Assembly: GCA_021796115.1 (NCBI GenBank)
Contig: JAJYOP010000002.1
Location: forward strand, 6,842 to 70,841
DNA from: a bacterium
Lineage (GTDB): Bacteria; Omnitrophota; Gorgyraeia; Duberdicusellales; 4484-171
Direction: 5' to 3'
DNA: 64,000 bases
Position 1 is the stretch's first letter. Every line of letters starts with the position of its first letter. Positions 51,619 to 62,156 of this stretch are shown here, piece after piece. The notes under the pieces are model-generated. The model was not told where the DNA came from. It saw nothing but the letters and a program-made list of their open reading frames with translations, and made no database searches. The translations under genes were made by a program, and so were the position numbers.

Positions 51619-52530
51619 TTATCTTTTTGCAAAAAAATAACCCTGACAGGTCCCTCTTTTCTCAAATTCTTTCTTAATTTTTAATATAATTTCGTTTTTT
51701 TTATTTATCCACGGCGGAGCAATGAGATGTGCGGGATTTGCGCTTGATACTAATCTCAATACAACGATGTTTTTCGGTATTTTTTCCAAGAAATCGCATA
51801 CCATCCGTACATATTGATCTTCCTCAAGCAACTTTACTTTTCCAGAGCCGTATAATTTATTTAAGACCGTATCTTTTAAAACATGTAAAACATGAAACTT
51901 TATACCGTGTATATCAAACGCAGCTATCTTTTGAACGTCATCGATAGCCGCACTAAAAGCCTGAGCCAGGCCGAGTATTACATGAACGCCTGTATTTATA
52001 TCGTATTTTCGAGTTATCTTTATGGCTGATAGAAAATCTTCATAGGTGTGTCTCCGGTTAAGCATAGCCAGCATATCATCATTCGTAGTCTGAAGTCCAT
52101 ATTCAAGCCAAACCAGATATTTTTCTTTATAGGATGAGATAAGTTTTATTTTTTCCTCATCAATACAATCCGGCCGCGTAGAGATAAAAATTCCCACGAT
52201 TTCCGGAAATCTTTTTGCAATATCGTATCGTTCTTTCAAAGTTTCGATATCAGCATAGGTATTGGTAAATGATTGGAAATAGAGTATAAATTTTTTGACA
52301 TTACTTTTTTTGGCAAGATAAGAAATCGAAGTTTCTATTTGTTTGGATATTTCAACGTTTCGCCCGGCAAAATTACTGAAAGCCTTATTGTCGCAATAGA
52401 TACACCCTTTCTTACTTAAAGTTCCATCGAGGTTTGGGCAACTAAAACCGGCATCTATACTTATGCGGTGAACTTTCTCGCCAAATTTTTCCCGTAAATA
52501 ACGATTGAATGAATAATATGGCTCTTCCAT
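51619..52530 (-). CDS. TIGR01212 family radical SAM protein
   Basis: GFSCPNLDGTLSKKGCIYCDN is the family-specific cluster motif. About 300 aa. Confidence 0.8.
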   Translation of the reverse strand: MEEPYYSFNRYLREKFGEKVHRISIDAGFSCPNLDGTLSKKGCIYCDNKAFSNFAGRNVEISKQIETSISYLAKKSNVKKFILYFQSFTNTYADIETLKERYDIAKRFPEIVGIFISTRPDCIDEEKIKLISSYKEKYLVWLEYGLQTTNDDMLAMLNRRHTYEDFLSAIKITRKYDINTGVHVILGLAQAFSAAIDDVQKIAAFDIHGIKFHVLHVLKDTVLNKLYGSGKVKLLEEDQYVRMVCDFLEKIPKNIVVLRLVSSANPAHLIAPPWINKKNEIILKIKKEFEKRGTCQGYFFAKR

Positions 52531-52554
52531 GGCCTATTGGCACTCTTTATGTAA

Positions 52555-53079
52555 TCATCGAATACTATAAACGCATCCGCAATATTTTTGCCGGTATAAG
52601 TTGTATTTTTTTGCCAGTTCCAGCGTCTTCTTAAAGCCATCTTGCTTTTTAAAATCAATGGATAAAAAGGCAGGCAGATCTATTTTCTGGCCTAAACTTG
52701 TTATGATCTTACTATCTTTGTGCGGGCTAACGGTCAGTGTCGTGGTAAAGAAGTCAAAGCCCCTGTTCCTTGCCTCTTTTTGGGTTGCCACAAGCCGAAG
52801 CCGATAGCAAATAAGGCAGCGCTCTTTACCTTCTTTAGAATCTTTATAATCCTGACACTCACTAAACCATAGCGTTTGTTCGTATGGGCCTTCGCTTATT
52901 TTAGTCTTTGTAATTGCGGATACTTCCTCGGCCGCTTTCTTCCGCTTAAGATATTCTTCCTCGGGGTAAATGTTTGGATTGAAAAAAAAACTTTCTACGT
53001 AATAACCCTCTGCTTCCAGGCGTTCAATACAGTAAATTGCGCACACTCCACAGCACACATGCAGTAATACTTTCTTCAT
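52555..53079 (-). CDS. queH: Epoxyqueuosine reductase QueH (DUF208)
   Basis: LLHVCCGVCAIY N-terminus and C-terminal YRQKYCGC motif. Confidence 0.8.
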   Translation of the reverse strand: MKKVLLHVCCGVCAIYCIERLEAEGYYVESFFFNPNIYPEEEYLKRKKAAEEVSAITKTKISEGPYEQTLWFSECQDYKDSKEGKERCLICYRLRLVATQKEARNRGFDFFTTTLTVSPHKDSKIITSLGQKIDLPAFLSIDFKKQDGFKKTLELAKKYNLYRQKYCGCVYSIR

Positions 53080-53254
53080 ATATTTAAAGCCAAATCGGCA
53101 GTCTGTAGTTGATAGTTAATAGTTTGTTTAAATGAAACGACGTGTTTTTAATCTCCCTCCGCAGCCCCCCCTAGGGTTTTAGGGTCTTCCCTAAAAGGTA
53201 TAGGAAGCCCTGCCCCCTCCAGGGTTAGGCCTCTTCTTTATAAAGGTAATTAGG

Positions 53255-54052
53255 CTAAAGACCGAAATAATCTTTTATGGTAATAAACTTGATTTTTTTT
53301 TCTGCTTCCGGCAAGACTTTGTGAAGAACAAAGAAAGTATTTTTTTTCGGGTGAGCAATTATGATAATTTTTCCTTTTCGCGTTGCATGGTTAATAAGAT
53401 CTTTTAGCCTATTTTCCATAAGCTGTAAATCGCTTAGGCTATCAAAAAAACCTTCATTGTCTGCGCAGGGCACGCCCTCCTCTTTGGCAACTTTGCAGGC
53501 TACAGAAGCTTTAGATGTGCGGCTATCGATAAAAACCAGACCATTTTTTTTAACCGCAATTAAAACTTCACGCATCAATTCAGGATTTTCTGTGGCTCGC
53601 GAACCCATGTGATTATTTACTCCGATAGAAGTTCTTATGTAATTCAGGTAATAGCGCAAAAGTGCCGAACGTTCAGATTTAGCAAGAGAGCTGCCTATGA
53701 ATCGGTATTTGTTTGTTTTAAATTTTTCCGCATTCTTTGGTTCCAGCGGCAAATGAGTAAGTACTGAGAATCCATAACGTGAAGATAAATTTGCAATGTC
53801 TTTTGAGAGCTTTAAACCCGGTAATATTGAAACTGTCACGGGAATATTCAAAGAATTTATTTCCTTTAAATCACGATAACTTTCCCCTAAATCATCGAAT
53901 ATTAACGCTACCTTAGGCTTTTCGCGAGGCATAGGCCTGGTTATAATTCGCTTTATGCCAATGCCTGGCCTTGGCCGATAAAAATATTTATAGAAAATGA
54001 GCGGAGTGGCTAAAATCAAAAGCAAGATAATTATTTTGAAACTTTTACTCAT
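53255..54052 (-). CDS. Divergent polysaccharide deacetylase family protein (YibQ-like)
   Basis: TM or signal sequence, then VALIFDDLGES and NNHMGS motifs. Confidence 0.7.
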   Translation of the reverse strand: MSKSFKIIILLLILATPLIFYKYFYRPRPGIGIKRIITRPMPREKPKVALIFDDLGESYRDLKEINSLNIPVTVSILPGLKLSKDIANLSSRYGFSVLTHLPLEPKNAEKFKTNKYRFIGSSLAKSERSALLRYYLNYIRTSIGVNNHMGSRATENPELMREVLIAVKKNGLVFIDSRTSKASVACKVAKEEGVPCADNEGFFDSLSDLQLMENRLKDLINHATRKGKIIIIAHPKKNTFFVLHKVLPEAEKKIKFITIKDYFGL

Positions 54053-54681
54053 AGTTTTTCCTTAAACGCCAAATATGCGGCTTTGGGATTTTTAGCTTTT
54101 AAGATTGCGCTTCCTACGCATGCATAATCCGCGCCGCTAGCCATAACACGCGTTATATTATCAAGTTTTAGCCCGCCATCTATGCCGGTACATTTTTCCG
54201 GGTATAGCTTTTTGAATTTCGAAATTTTGTCCAATACCTCCGGTATAAATTTCGAACCATAGAATCCAGGGATAACTGACATAAAAAGGACACTATCAAC
54301 CAGCACCAGAAGATGCTCTAAGGCACTTATTTTAGTGTCAGGATTGATTGCGATTCCAGCTTCAAAGCCGGCCGTTTTTATTTCCTTGATAACTTTTTCA
54401 TGATTTTCTTTTATTTCAAAATGAAAAATTATACGCCTGGTACCTAAGTTTTTAAACATCCCTAACCATTCTAAAGGTTTCTCAACCATAAGATGAGCCT
54501 CGTTTTTTATTGATAAACGTAAATTCGACATATCGTTTATGACTATACTTTTTGAAGAAACAAATTTACCGTCCATTATGTCGATTTGCGCATAATTACA
54601 GAAACCGCTGCAAAGAGTGCACATAGCCATTAATTCTTGTTTACTTTGTGTAAGAATAGCGGGAACAATCATCTTTTGCAT
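54049..54681 (-). CDS. rpe: Ribulose-phosphate 3-epimerase family protein
   Basis: AQIDIMDGKFV, AHLMV, FHFE, INPDT, MSVIPGFYGSKF, GIDGG, VGSAI. Confidence 0.7.
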   Translation of the reverse strand: MQKMIVPAILTQSKQELMAMCTLCSGFCNYAQIDIMDGKFVSSKSIVINDMSNLRLSIKNEAHLMVEKPLEWLGMFKNLGTRRIIFHFEIKENHEKVIKEIKTAGFEAGIAINPDTKISALEHLLVLVDSVLFMSVIPGFYGSKFIPEVLDKISKFKKLYPEKCTGIDGGLKLDNITRVMASGADYACVGSAILKAKNPKAAYLAFKEKL

Positions 54682-54688
54682 TTTTTCT

Positions 54689-55843
54689 CTAATTTTTTGC
54701 GTCAGTTTTTGTAAAATATTTTTTCAACGTATTAATGACTGCCTGGTTGGGTGTAAAATTTTTCGTACGCCAGAAATCGATAATCTTGTCTTTTTCTTTA
54801 AACCAAAGCGGAATATAATTTTCCCACCCATAGACCGGGCCTTCCCGTTTTACGTATTCATTATTGGGGAAATATTGGTAAATCCCGTCAGGAAAGACAT
54901 GACCGGAAATTGCTTTATAAGTCCAGTAGGTATAGCTAAAATTAAATTTTTCAAACACATTTAACATGCTGGAAAGATAATCGGACTCGCCCCATAAACC
55001 TCCGCGCCAATTTATTCCGAATTCGCCTACGAAAATATCGGTTTTATTTTTGCGGGAAAACTCAAAATACGGCAAAAGCGCATGTTCTATTTTTTCTTCG
55101 TCCCAGGATTCGTTATCGATCATACCGGGAAATTTATAAAATGGAATAAAGTTAAATGTATAATTAAGCGGAAAATAGGTATGTATACTTACGGAAACAT
55201 TTTCGTCAAGCAAATCCGCGAGAAAATCTATGCGCTGGGCCCAAACATCACCTTCGAGAAATATTTTATGTTTTTTATCTATCGCGCGTATACATCTTAT
55301 GGCTTTTTTATAAAATTGAGCCAAAAGCGTAATCGGTTTATCGCTAAGGACCGGTTCATTTAAAATATCAAACCCTATAAGCGCAGACTCTTCCTTAAGT
55401 TCTTCAATTACTTTCCCCCAAATATCTATAACCTGGTTTCGGTAAGTTTCTTTTTCCCAAAAAAGCGCTTTGCCTGCTGAATCAGAATGCCAATCGCAGT
55501 TTTGTGCGCCAGGCGCGGCATGCAAATCAAGGATTATACCCAGGTTATACTTTTTTGCGAAAGACAGTGCTCTTTTTAAATAAGAAATCCCCTTTTCATT
55601 CTCAATGATAAGGCGGTAATTAAACGGAACCCGTACGGCATTTGCGTTTATTTTAGAAATATTGGAAAAGTCTTCTTCGCAAATAAAATTATCGCGAAAA
55701 AATATTTCAAATTCACGAAGTGCTTGTGCGCTGTTTTGTTTTTTAAAATTTGCCTTAAAAATACTTTCGGCTATATTTCGGCCACCCAAAATATACCCTT
55801 CCATGAGAAGCCAACCGCCAAGATTCACACCTTTTAGTCTCAT
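54689..55843 (-). CDS. Glycoside hydrolase family 5-like protein, no signal peptide
   Basis: GVNLGGWLLMEGY, DILNEPV (acid/base), FVGEFG (nucleophile). Confidence 0.7.
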   Translation of the reverse strand: MRLKGVNLGGWLLMEGYILGGRNIAESIFKANFKKQNSAQALREFEIFFRDNFICEEDFSNISKINANAVRVPFNYRLIIENEKGISYLKRALSFAKKYNLGIILDLHAAPGAQNCDWHSDSAGKALFWEKETYRNQVIDIWGKVIEELKEESALIGFDILNEPVLSDKPITLLAQFYKKAIRCIRAIDKKHKIFLEGDVWAQRIDFLADLLDENVSVSIHTYFPLNYTFNFIPFYKFPGMIDNESWDEEKIEHALLPYFEFSRKNKTDIFVGEFGINWRGGLWGESDYLSSMLNVFEKFNFSYTYWTYKAISGHVFPDGIYQYFPNNEYVKREGPVYGWENYIPLWFKEKDKIIDFWRTKNFTPNQAVINTLKKYFTKTDAKN

Positions 55844-56136
55844 ATTTCTTTATCGCCGTAATAATTTTTCGAGATTGCAGGATGATTTTTGTAGGCGCAA
55901 AGCCAATCGTTTTTCCAGGAAGTGTTGATAATTTTTTTTATGGGAACACAATTAAAGTTTTCTCCGCCTATTGTTTTTCTGGTTCCCAAGCGATTCGGAT
56001 ATATTTCGCAAAAATACTGCTTATTGCCGTCTTTTTTTAAATGCTGGCAAGGGTCATCAAAGGCGCCGCAGCAGCCTCCGCATCGCCGGCAAATACTTTC
56101 CCAATACGGTTCCTCCGGTGTTTTATCCTGCTGCAT
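55840..56136 (-). CDS. YkgJ family cysteine-cluster protein
   Basis: CRRCGGCCGAFDDPC pattern. 98 aa. Confidence 0.6.
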   Translation of the reverse strand: MQQDKTPEEPYWESICRRCGGCCGAFDDPCQHLKKDGNKQYFCEIYPNRLGTRKTIGGENFNCVPIKKIINTSWKNDWLCAYKNHPAISKNYYGDKEI

Positions 56137-56283
56137 GACTTTATATTATATCAAATTCTGAATCAAAAAAACACTTAAATTAGCGGTTATGAAATCGGAA
56201 GGCTGGAGGGTTTCAGGTAAAACGATTGATATGTAAGACTTTGTCTACCAAGTAGTTAATACAGTTTCTAGGCATGGGTTTCT

Positions 56284-57543
<1,260 letters not shown>

Positions 57544-57564
57544 TCAAGTATTTCCAACGAACGA

Positions 57565-58800
57565 TTAAACCGGCGGTTGCATCGTAAATATTTTTCTGGC
57601 AATTTCCGGATATTTTGCCACAAACTTTAATTCATCTTCAACCAGCGGTTTCTGATTGTGGACATTAGCGTATCGCACAAGCTCAAGTACTTTTTTGGCT
57701 TCCTCATTATTTGCAAATTTTATTTCCAGCTGATCATAAACATTGCCAAAACCTTTAATTCCTGAATATTCTCCAACAGTAATTTTCCTTCCGGTATCGA
57801 TAATTTCTGGTTCCCCCCTGCCTAGTTCTTCATAATCGTAAAGCTCATAATTACGCCGGTCTTTTAAGGCACCGTCAGCATGAATACCTGATTCATGGGC
57901 AAATGCATTAGCACCTACGCCCGGTTGATTTATCGGTATCGGAATACCAAAAGCGTATGATGCATATTTGCTTATTTTCCATGCGGTTTTAAGATCAATT
58001 TTTTCATCAAGTTTATATTTCTCCATGCCGTTACCGTGTTTAATCGCCAAAATTACGCTCACCAGGTCGGCATTGCCTGCTCTTTCGCCTACGCCATTGA
58101 TGCAGGTATTTATGTAGGCATCTACACCGCTATCGATAGCTGCCTTAGCGCCGCCTATTGAAGAAGCCACCACCAAACCAAGGTCGTTATGACAGTGTAT
58201 TTCTGTAGAAATTTTGACCTTGCCGAGAATTTTTGACAAACGTTCATATATCGAAAATGGCGTATCACAGCCCAATGTATCGCAATATCTAAACCTGTCA
58301 GCTCCAGCCTCTTTCGCCGCTTTGATAAATTCAATTAAGTATTCAATTTTCGAACGCGATGCGTCTTCGGCGTTTATACCGACAGCTTTTATTCCTAGTT
58401 TTTTTGCAAGCTTAATCGAGTCAACTGCGCTTTTTATTATTTCTTCATAATCCAGCTTGCCCTGAAATTTATGTTTAATCATTTGGTCGGATGTTGAAAT
58501 CGAGAGGTTTATATATTTTAGTTCCGGAACATTTTGTACGGCAAGCTCAACATCTGCGGTAATGGCACGAAGCCACCCCGAAAGCCGGATACGCTTAATT
58601 ACCTTATCTTCGGCTAATTCCAGATTGGCATTTAAATAATTTATTTCATGATTAGTCGTTGGGAAACCAAACTCGCTTTGGTAAATTCCCATCTCGTCAA
58701 GATATATGTTTATCATCGTCTTCTGAAGCTTAGATAAACATATCCGTGAAGTTTGCACCCCGTCACGGTTGGTAACATCAACCATATAAATTTTTGCCAT
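57565..58800 (-). CDS. HMGL-like aldolase: homocitrate/citramalate/2-isopropylmalate synthase family
   Basis: VDVTNRDGVQ, HCHNDLGL, HESGIH. The substrate cannot be resolved by eye. Confidence 0.7.
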   Translation of the reverse strand: MAKIYMVDVTNRDGVQTSRICLSKLQKTMINIYLDEMGIYQSEFGFPTTNHEINYLNANLELAEDKVIKRIRLSGWLRAITADVELAVQNVPELKYINLSISTSDQMIKHKFQGKLDYEEIIKSAVDSIKLAKKLGIKAVGINAEDASRSKIEYLIEFIKAAKEAGADRFRYCDTLGCDTPFSIYERLSKILGKVKISTEIHCHNDLGLVVASSIGGAKAAIDSGVDAYINTCINGVGERAGNADLVSVILAIKHGNGMEKYKLDEKIDLKTAWKISKYASYAFGIPIPINQPGVGANAFAHESGIHADGALKDRRNYELYDYEELGRGEPEIIDTGRKITVGEYSGIKGFGNVYDQLEIKFANNEEAKKVLELVRYANVHNQKPLVEDELKFVAKYPEIARKIFTMQPPV

Positions 58801-58822
58801 AATTTTCCTCCCGGTATAATTG

Positions 58823-60553
58823 TTATTTTTTTGGAAAAAGTTTTTCTAGCTGCGCTGGATTTATTTCGAATACCTTGAATATCCTGTTATTATTGACTAA
58901 AATAACATTTCCGGAAGTTATGTTAAGATCCTCCATCATTTTATCATTTTGCAAAATTAAATTCGCAACTTCTTTGGAATCAGCCGCCTTCATAATCTTT
59001 TTATAATCAATACCGCAAGTTTCAAGAGATTGAACGTATGATTTATTTTTTATATCTTTAAAACGCGCAATTAAATAATCAGGAAATTTATTTGGAAAAA
59101 CTTTTTTCACCGCATAGGCAATTGTCTTTTCCTCTTGTGGATAGCCTGCATTTTTTGCCGTTTTGCTAATGACTAAATGCACATCAAGAGTTATCCGTTT
59201 TTTTACGCAAAACTGGCGTAAATCTTCCAGCGTATGTGATTCGGCTTTTTGGTAGGGATTTATAAAGAGATCGATCCGGTTAGGAATCTCTTTCCTGTCG
59301 AGAAAAAGGAAAATTCCCGATAAGTCAGGTCTTGCAAGGATTTTTCCATTTTTTTCTTCAAAAAATGCCGAGGCCCGTAAAAAGGTAGGGTTCTTTTTTA
59401 CATCCTCTGGAAGTATAAAAGCCGGCAAAGTGGTTATGGAATATTTATTTATGAGATCAGCCGCCTCGCTGCTTTTATAGTCAATAGTTGTAAAGTTAAC
59501 TCCCATAAGTAAATCCTGGAGCATTTTTTCAGAAAATTGAGTTACGCAAAATTGACAGTTTGTATCAGTTATCAAAATAATGTCAATTTTTTGCGGCTCA
59601 AAATAAGCGCAAGCTGCAGTTAATTCACCGGGGTTCTGGCAGGTAGGAATAAATCCTTCTTTCTTGCTGCAATCGCTATCTTTAAAACAAGCCGGAATCG
59701 TTTTTTTAATTTGCTGGTTTTCCTTTGCCGTTAAAGACAGGGGTATGCGTCTAAGCTTATAACTAATAATCTTATTCAATTTGACATCCAAATCTATCAC
59801 CCTAACATCTTTTGCTAAATATGATGGCCTGACTATAATTGTTTCGCCTATTTTTTGTTCAGGCTGGAAATAATCTAAAATATTCCCGCTGGATAATATC
59901 AATTTAATATCGCTAAATTTTTTGGCGATATTCGAATTTTCTGTATCGCCCAGGGAGGATAATAAGATAATAAAATCAACTTTGCCTTTTAGCTCCGCTA
60001 GGGTGTTAGTCAGCGCTTTATCATAATCGCCGGCGTTTAGACCGACAGTTTTATTAATGCTTTGCGGGCTAAGACCGATTACTCCGACATTAAAACTTTT
60101 GAATTGCTTCATGTAATATGGCAGAACCCCTTCGATATTAAGATTGGTAGAAATTGTTTTAAATTTATTTTTTTTGACATTGTTCTTAAAAAAATTGGCG
60201 CCAAAATTAAATTCTGATTCCCCGGGCGTAACTGCATCATAGCCCATAGCCTGCATTGCCGAGTAGTTGAAAATGCTTCGTTTCTCATCCATCCGTGGGT
60301 TCAGGCTTCCTTCATCGAGTAATCCACCGGCCGTAAAATTTCCGGCATCTAAAATCAAAACGTTCGGATTTTTTGCCTTTATATCCGCGATAACCGCTGC
60401 CCTTCTTGCAATGCCGCCTCCGACAGAAGCCGGACAATGGCCGCAAGGGTATAATGAAGCATATGAATTTCCTGTATAGATAATCGTTAATTTATGTGCG
60501 TATGTTGTGCAGGGCAAAATGATAAGACAAATTGCTATGAGCAATTTTTTCAT
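58823..60553 (-). CDS. Secreted 5'-nucleotidase-fold pseudoenzyme with CxxC motifs and C-terminal thioredoxin-like region
   Basis: Signal peptide present. 5'-NT scaffold with substituted ligands (YTGNSYA for HTNDHHG, AGN for GGD, GESEF for GNHEF, SSGN for GHSH). CGHC near the N-terminus. CQFC in a Trx-like segment. Confidence 0.45.
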   Translation of the reverse strand: MKKLLIAICLIILPCTTYAHKLTIIYTGNSYASLYPCGHCPASVGGGIARRAAVIADIKAKNPNVLILDAGNFTAGGLLDEGSLNPRMDEKRSIFNYSAMQAMGYDAVTPGESEFNFGANFFKNNVKKNKFKTISTNLNIEGVLPYYMKQFKSFNVGVIGLSPQSINKTVGLNAGDYDKALTNTLAELKGKVDFIILLSSLGDTENSNIAKKFSDIKLILSSGNILDYFQPEQKIGETIIVRPSYLAKDVRVIDLDVKLNKIISYKLRRIPLSLTAKENQQIKKTIPACFKDSDCSKKEGFIPTCQNPGELTAACAYFEPQKIDIILITDTNCQFCVTQFSEKMLQDLLMGVNFTTIDYKSSEAADLINKYSITTLPAFILPEDVKKNPTFLRASAFFEEKNGKILARPDLSGIFLFLDRKEIPNRIDLFINPYQKAESHTLEDLRQFCVKKRITLDVHLVISKTAKNAGYPQEEKTIAYAVKKVFPNKFPDYLIARFKDIKNKSYVQSLETCGIDYKKIMKAADSKEVANLILQNDKMMEDLNITSGNVILVNNNRIFKVFEINPAQLEKLFPKK

Positions 60554-60575
60554 ATCTACCTCCTCGTTGAATAGT

Positions 60576-62156
60576 TTATAATTTAATACACCGTAAAGAT
60601 ACGATATTCGGATTGGAAGAAATTTCTTTTATGACTTTTTCATCCAACGGATTATCCAGGTTAAGTATAGTAAGCGCTATGTCGTTGGGTGCGCGTCTGC
60701 CCAAACTCATTCCCGCGATATTTATCTTATGATTCCCAAGAACAGTGCCAAGAAATCCGATAGTTCCAGGTTTATCCCAATTGTTAATGACCAGCATATG
60801 TTTCGATGGATAAACCTCAGTATAAACATCATCCATTTTTACAAACCGCGCTTCTTTATTTGCAAAAAGAGTCCCCTCGAGAATTTTTTCTTCTTTATCG
60901 GTAACGATTTTTACGCGTATAGAGTTTGCATATTCCTCTTCTTCGCGAATCTTAACCTGCTCTATTTTGATTGCGCGCTCTTTGGCGATTTCCAGAGCAT
61001 TAATATAATTCACATCTTCACCGAGAGACTTAGAGAGAAAACCTTTTAAAAAAGCTAGGGTCAGAACGTCAACTTTATATCCGGAAATTTCGCCAAGATA
61101 AAAAAGTTTTATTTCCTTTGCCGCACCATCGACGATTTGAGATAGGAATTTACCCATTTTTTCGGAAAGCTCGAAGTACGGTTGTATGATTTTATAAGTT
61201 TCGGTATCGAGCTGAACATAGTTAGCCGCATTGCGTATCGCCTTGCCCAATAACGCATCTTTTATGCAATGCGCAATTTCAATGGCCACGTTAAGCTGCG
61301 CCTCTTCGGTGGATGCACCAAGATGTGGAGTAAACACAATATTATCAAGCTCTAAAAGCGGTGAGCCGGTAGGCGGTTCGTTAATATATACATCCACTGC
61401 CGCGCCGGCTATTTTCTTGTTTTTTAGCGCCTCATACAAAGCCTGTTCGTCAACCAGCTCGCCTCGGGCGCAGTTAATCAAAAAAGCTTTAGGTTTCATT
61501 ATCGCCAACTGTTTAGCGGATATCATATTCTTGGTTTCTTCCGTTACCGGGGTATGCAAAGTTACAAAGTCCGCTTTTTCAAGCACTTCTTCAAGGGTTG
61601 CCATTTTTATGCCGATTTTTTCCGCTACATCCTGGGAAACAAAAGGATCCATGGCAATAACTTCCATGCCAAAACTCAAAGCGCGCTTGGAGATTTCTTT
61701 ACCAATTCTCCCCAAGCCGATAACGCCTAAAACTTTGGAACTAAGCTCGACCCCCTTGAATTTCGAACGATCCCAGCCTTTATTCTTTACCGTCATATGG
61801 GCAAACGGGATATTTCTTGCTACAGCAAGCATCATTGCAAAAGCATGCTCGCAGGTAGAAATCGTGTTTCCCCCGGGAGAATTCATTACGATTATGCCTT
61901 TCTTGGTCGCCGCTTCTAAATCAACATTATCTAGGCCGACCCCCGCCCTTCCGATTGCCTTCAAGTTTGTGCCGTATTCGATTATATCCTTTGTGAATTT
62001 TGTATCGCTACGCACGATAGCTGCATGATACTCGCCGATAATTTTTTTAAGCTCTTCCGGCGCCAGTTTATATTTGCAATCCACGGTAAAACCCGCGTCT
62101 TGTAAGATTTTTATTCCTTCTTCAGACAATTTATCGCAAACAATCACCTTAAGCAT
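60576..62156 (-). CDS. serA: D-3-phosphoglycerate dehydrogenase (long form with ASB and ACT domains)
   Basis: MLKVIVCDKLSEEG, GVIGLGRIGKE, NCARG, TPHLGAST, C-terminal ACT. SD GGAGG precedes ATG 62156. Overlaps the upstream gene by 8 nt. Confidence 0.9.
   Translation of the reverse strand: MLKVIVCDKLSEEGIKILQDAGFTVDCKYKLAPEELKKIIGEYHAAIVRSDTKFTKDIIEYGTNLKAIGRAGVGLDNVDLEAATKKGIIVMNSPGGNTISTCEHAFAMMLAVARNIPFAHMTVKNKGWDRSKFKGVELSSKVLGVIGLGRIGKEISKRALSFGMEVIAMDPFVSQDVAEKIGIKMATLEEVLEKADFVTLHTPVTEETKNMISAKQLAIMKPKAFLINCARGELVDEQALYEALKNKKIAGAAVDVYINEPPTGSPLLELDNIVFTPHLGASTEEAQLNVAIEIAHCIKDALLGKAIRNAANYVQLDTETYKIIQPYFELSEKMGKFLSQIVDGAAKEIKLFYLGEISGYKVDVLTLAFLKGFLSKSLGEDVNYINALEIAKERAIKIEQVKIREEEEYANSIRVKIVTDKEEKILEGTLFANKEARFVKMDDVYTEVYPSKHMLVINNWDKPGTIGFLGTVLGNHKINIAGMSLGRRAPNDIALTILNLDNPLDEKVIKEISSNPNIVSLRCIKL

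Noticed and set aside
61231-62028. 265-aa plus-strand ORF
   Set aside because: It is antisense to the well-supported serA gene. The composition is low-complexity and Ser/Ala/Ile-rich, typical of a shadow frame, and there is no SD or promoter.
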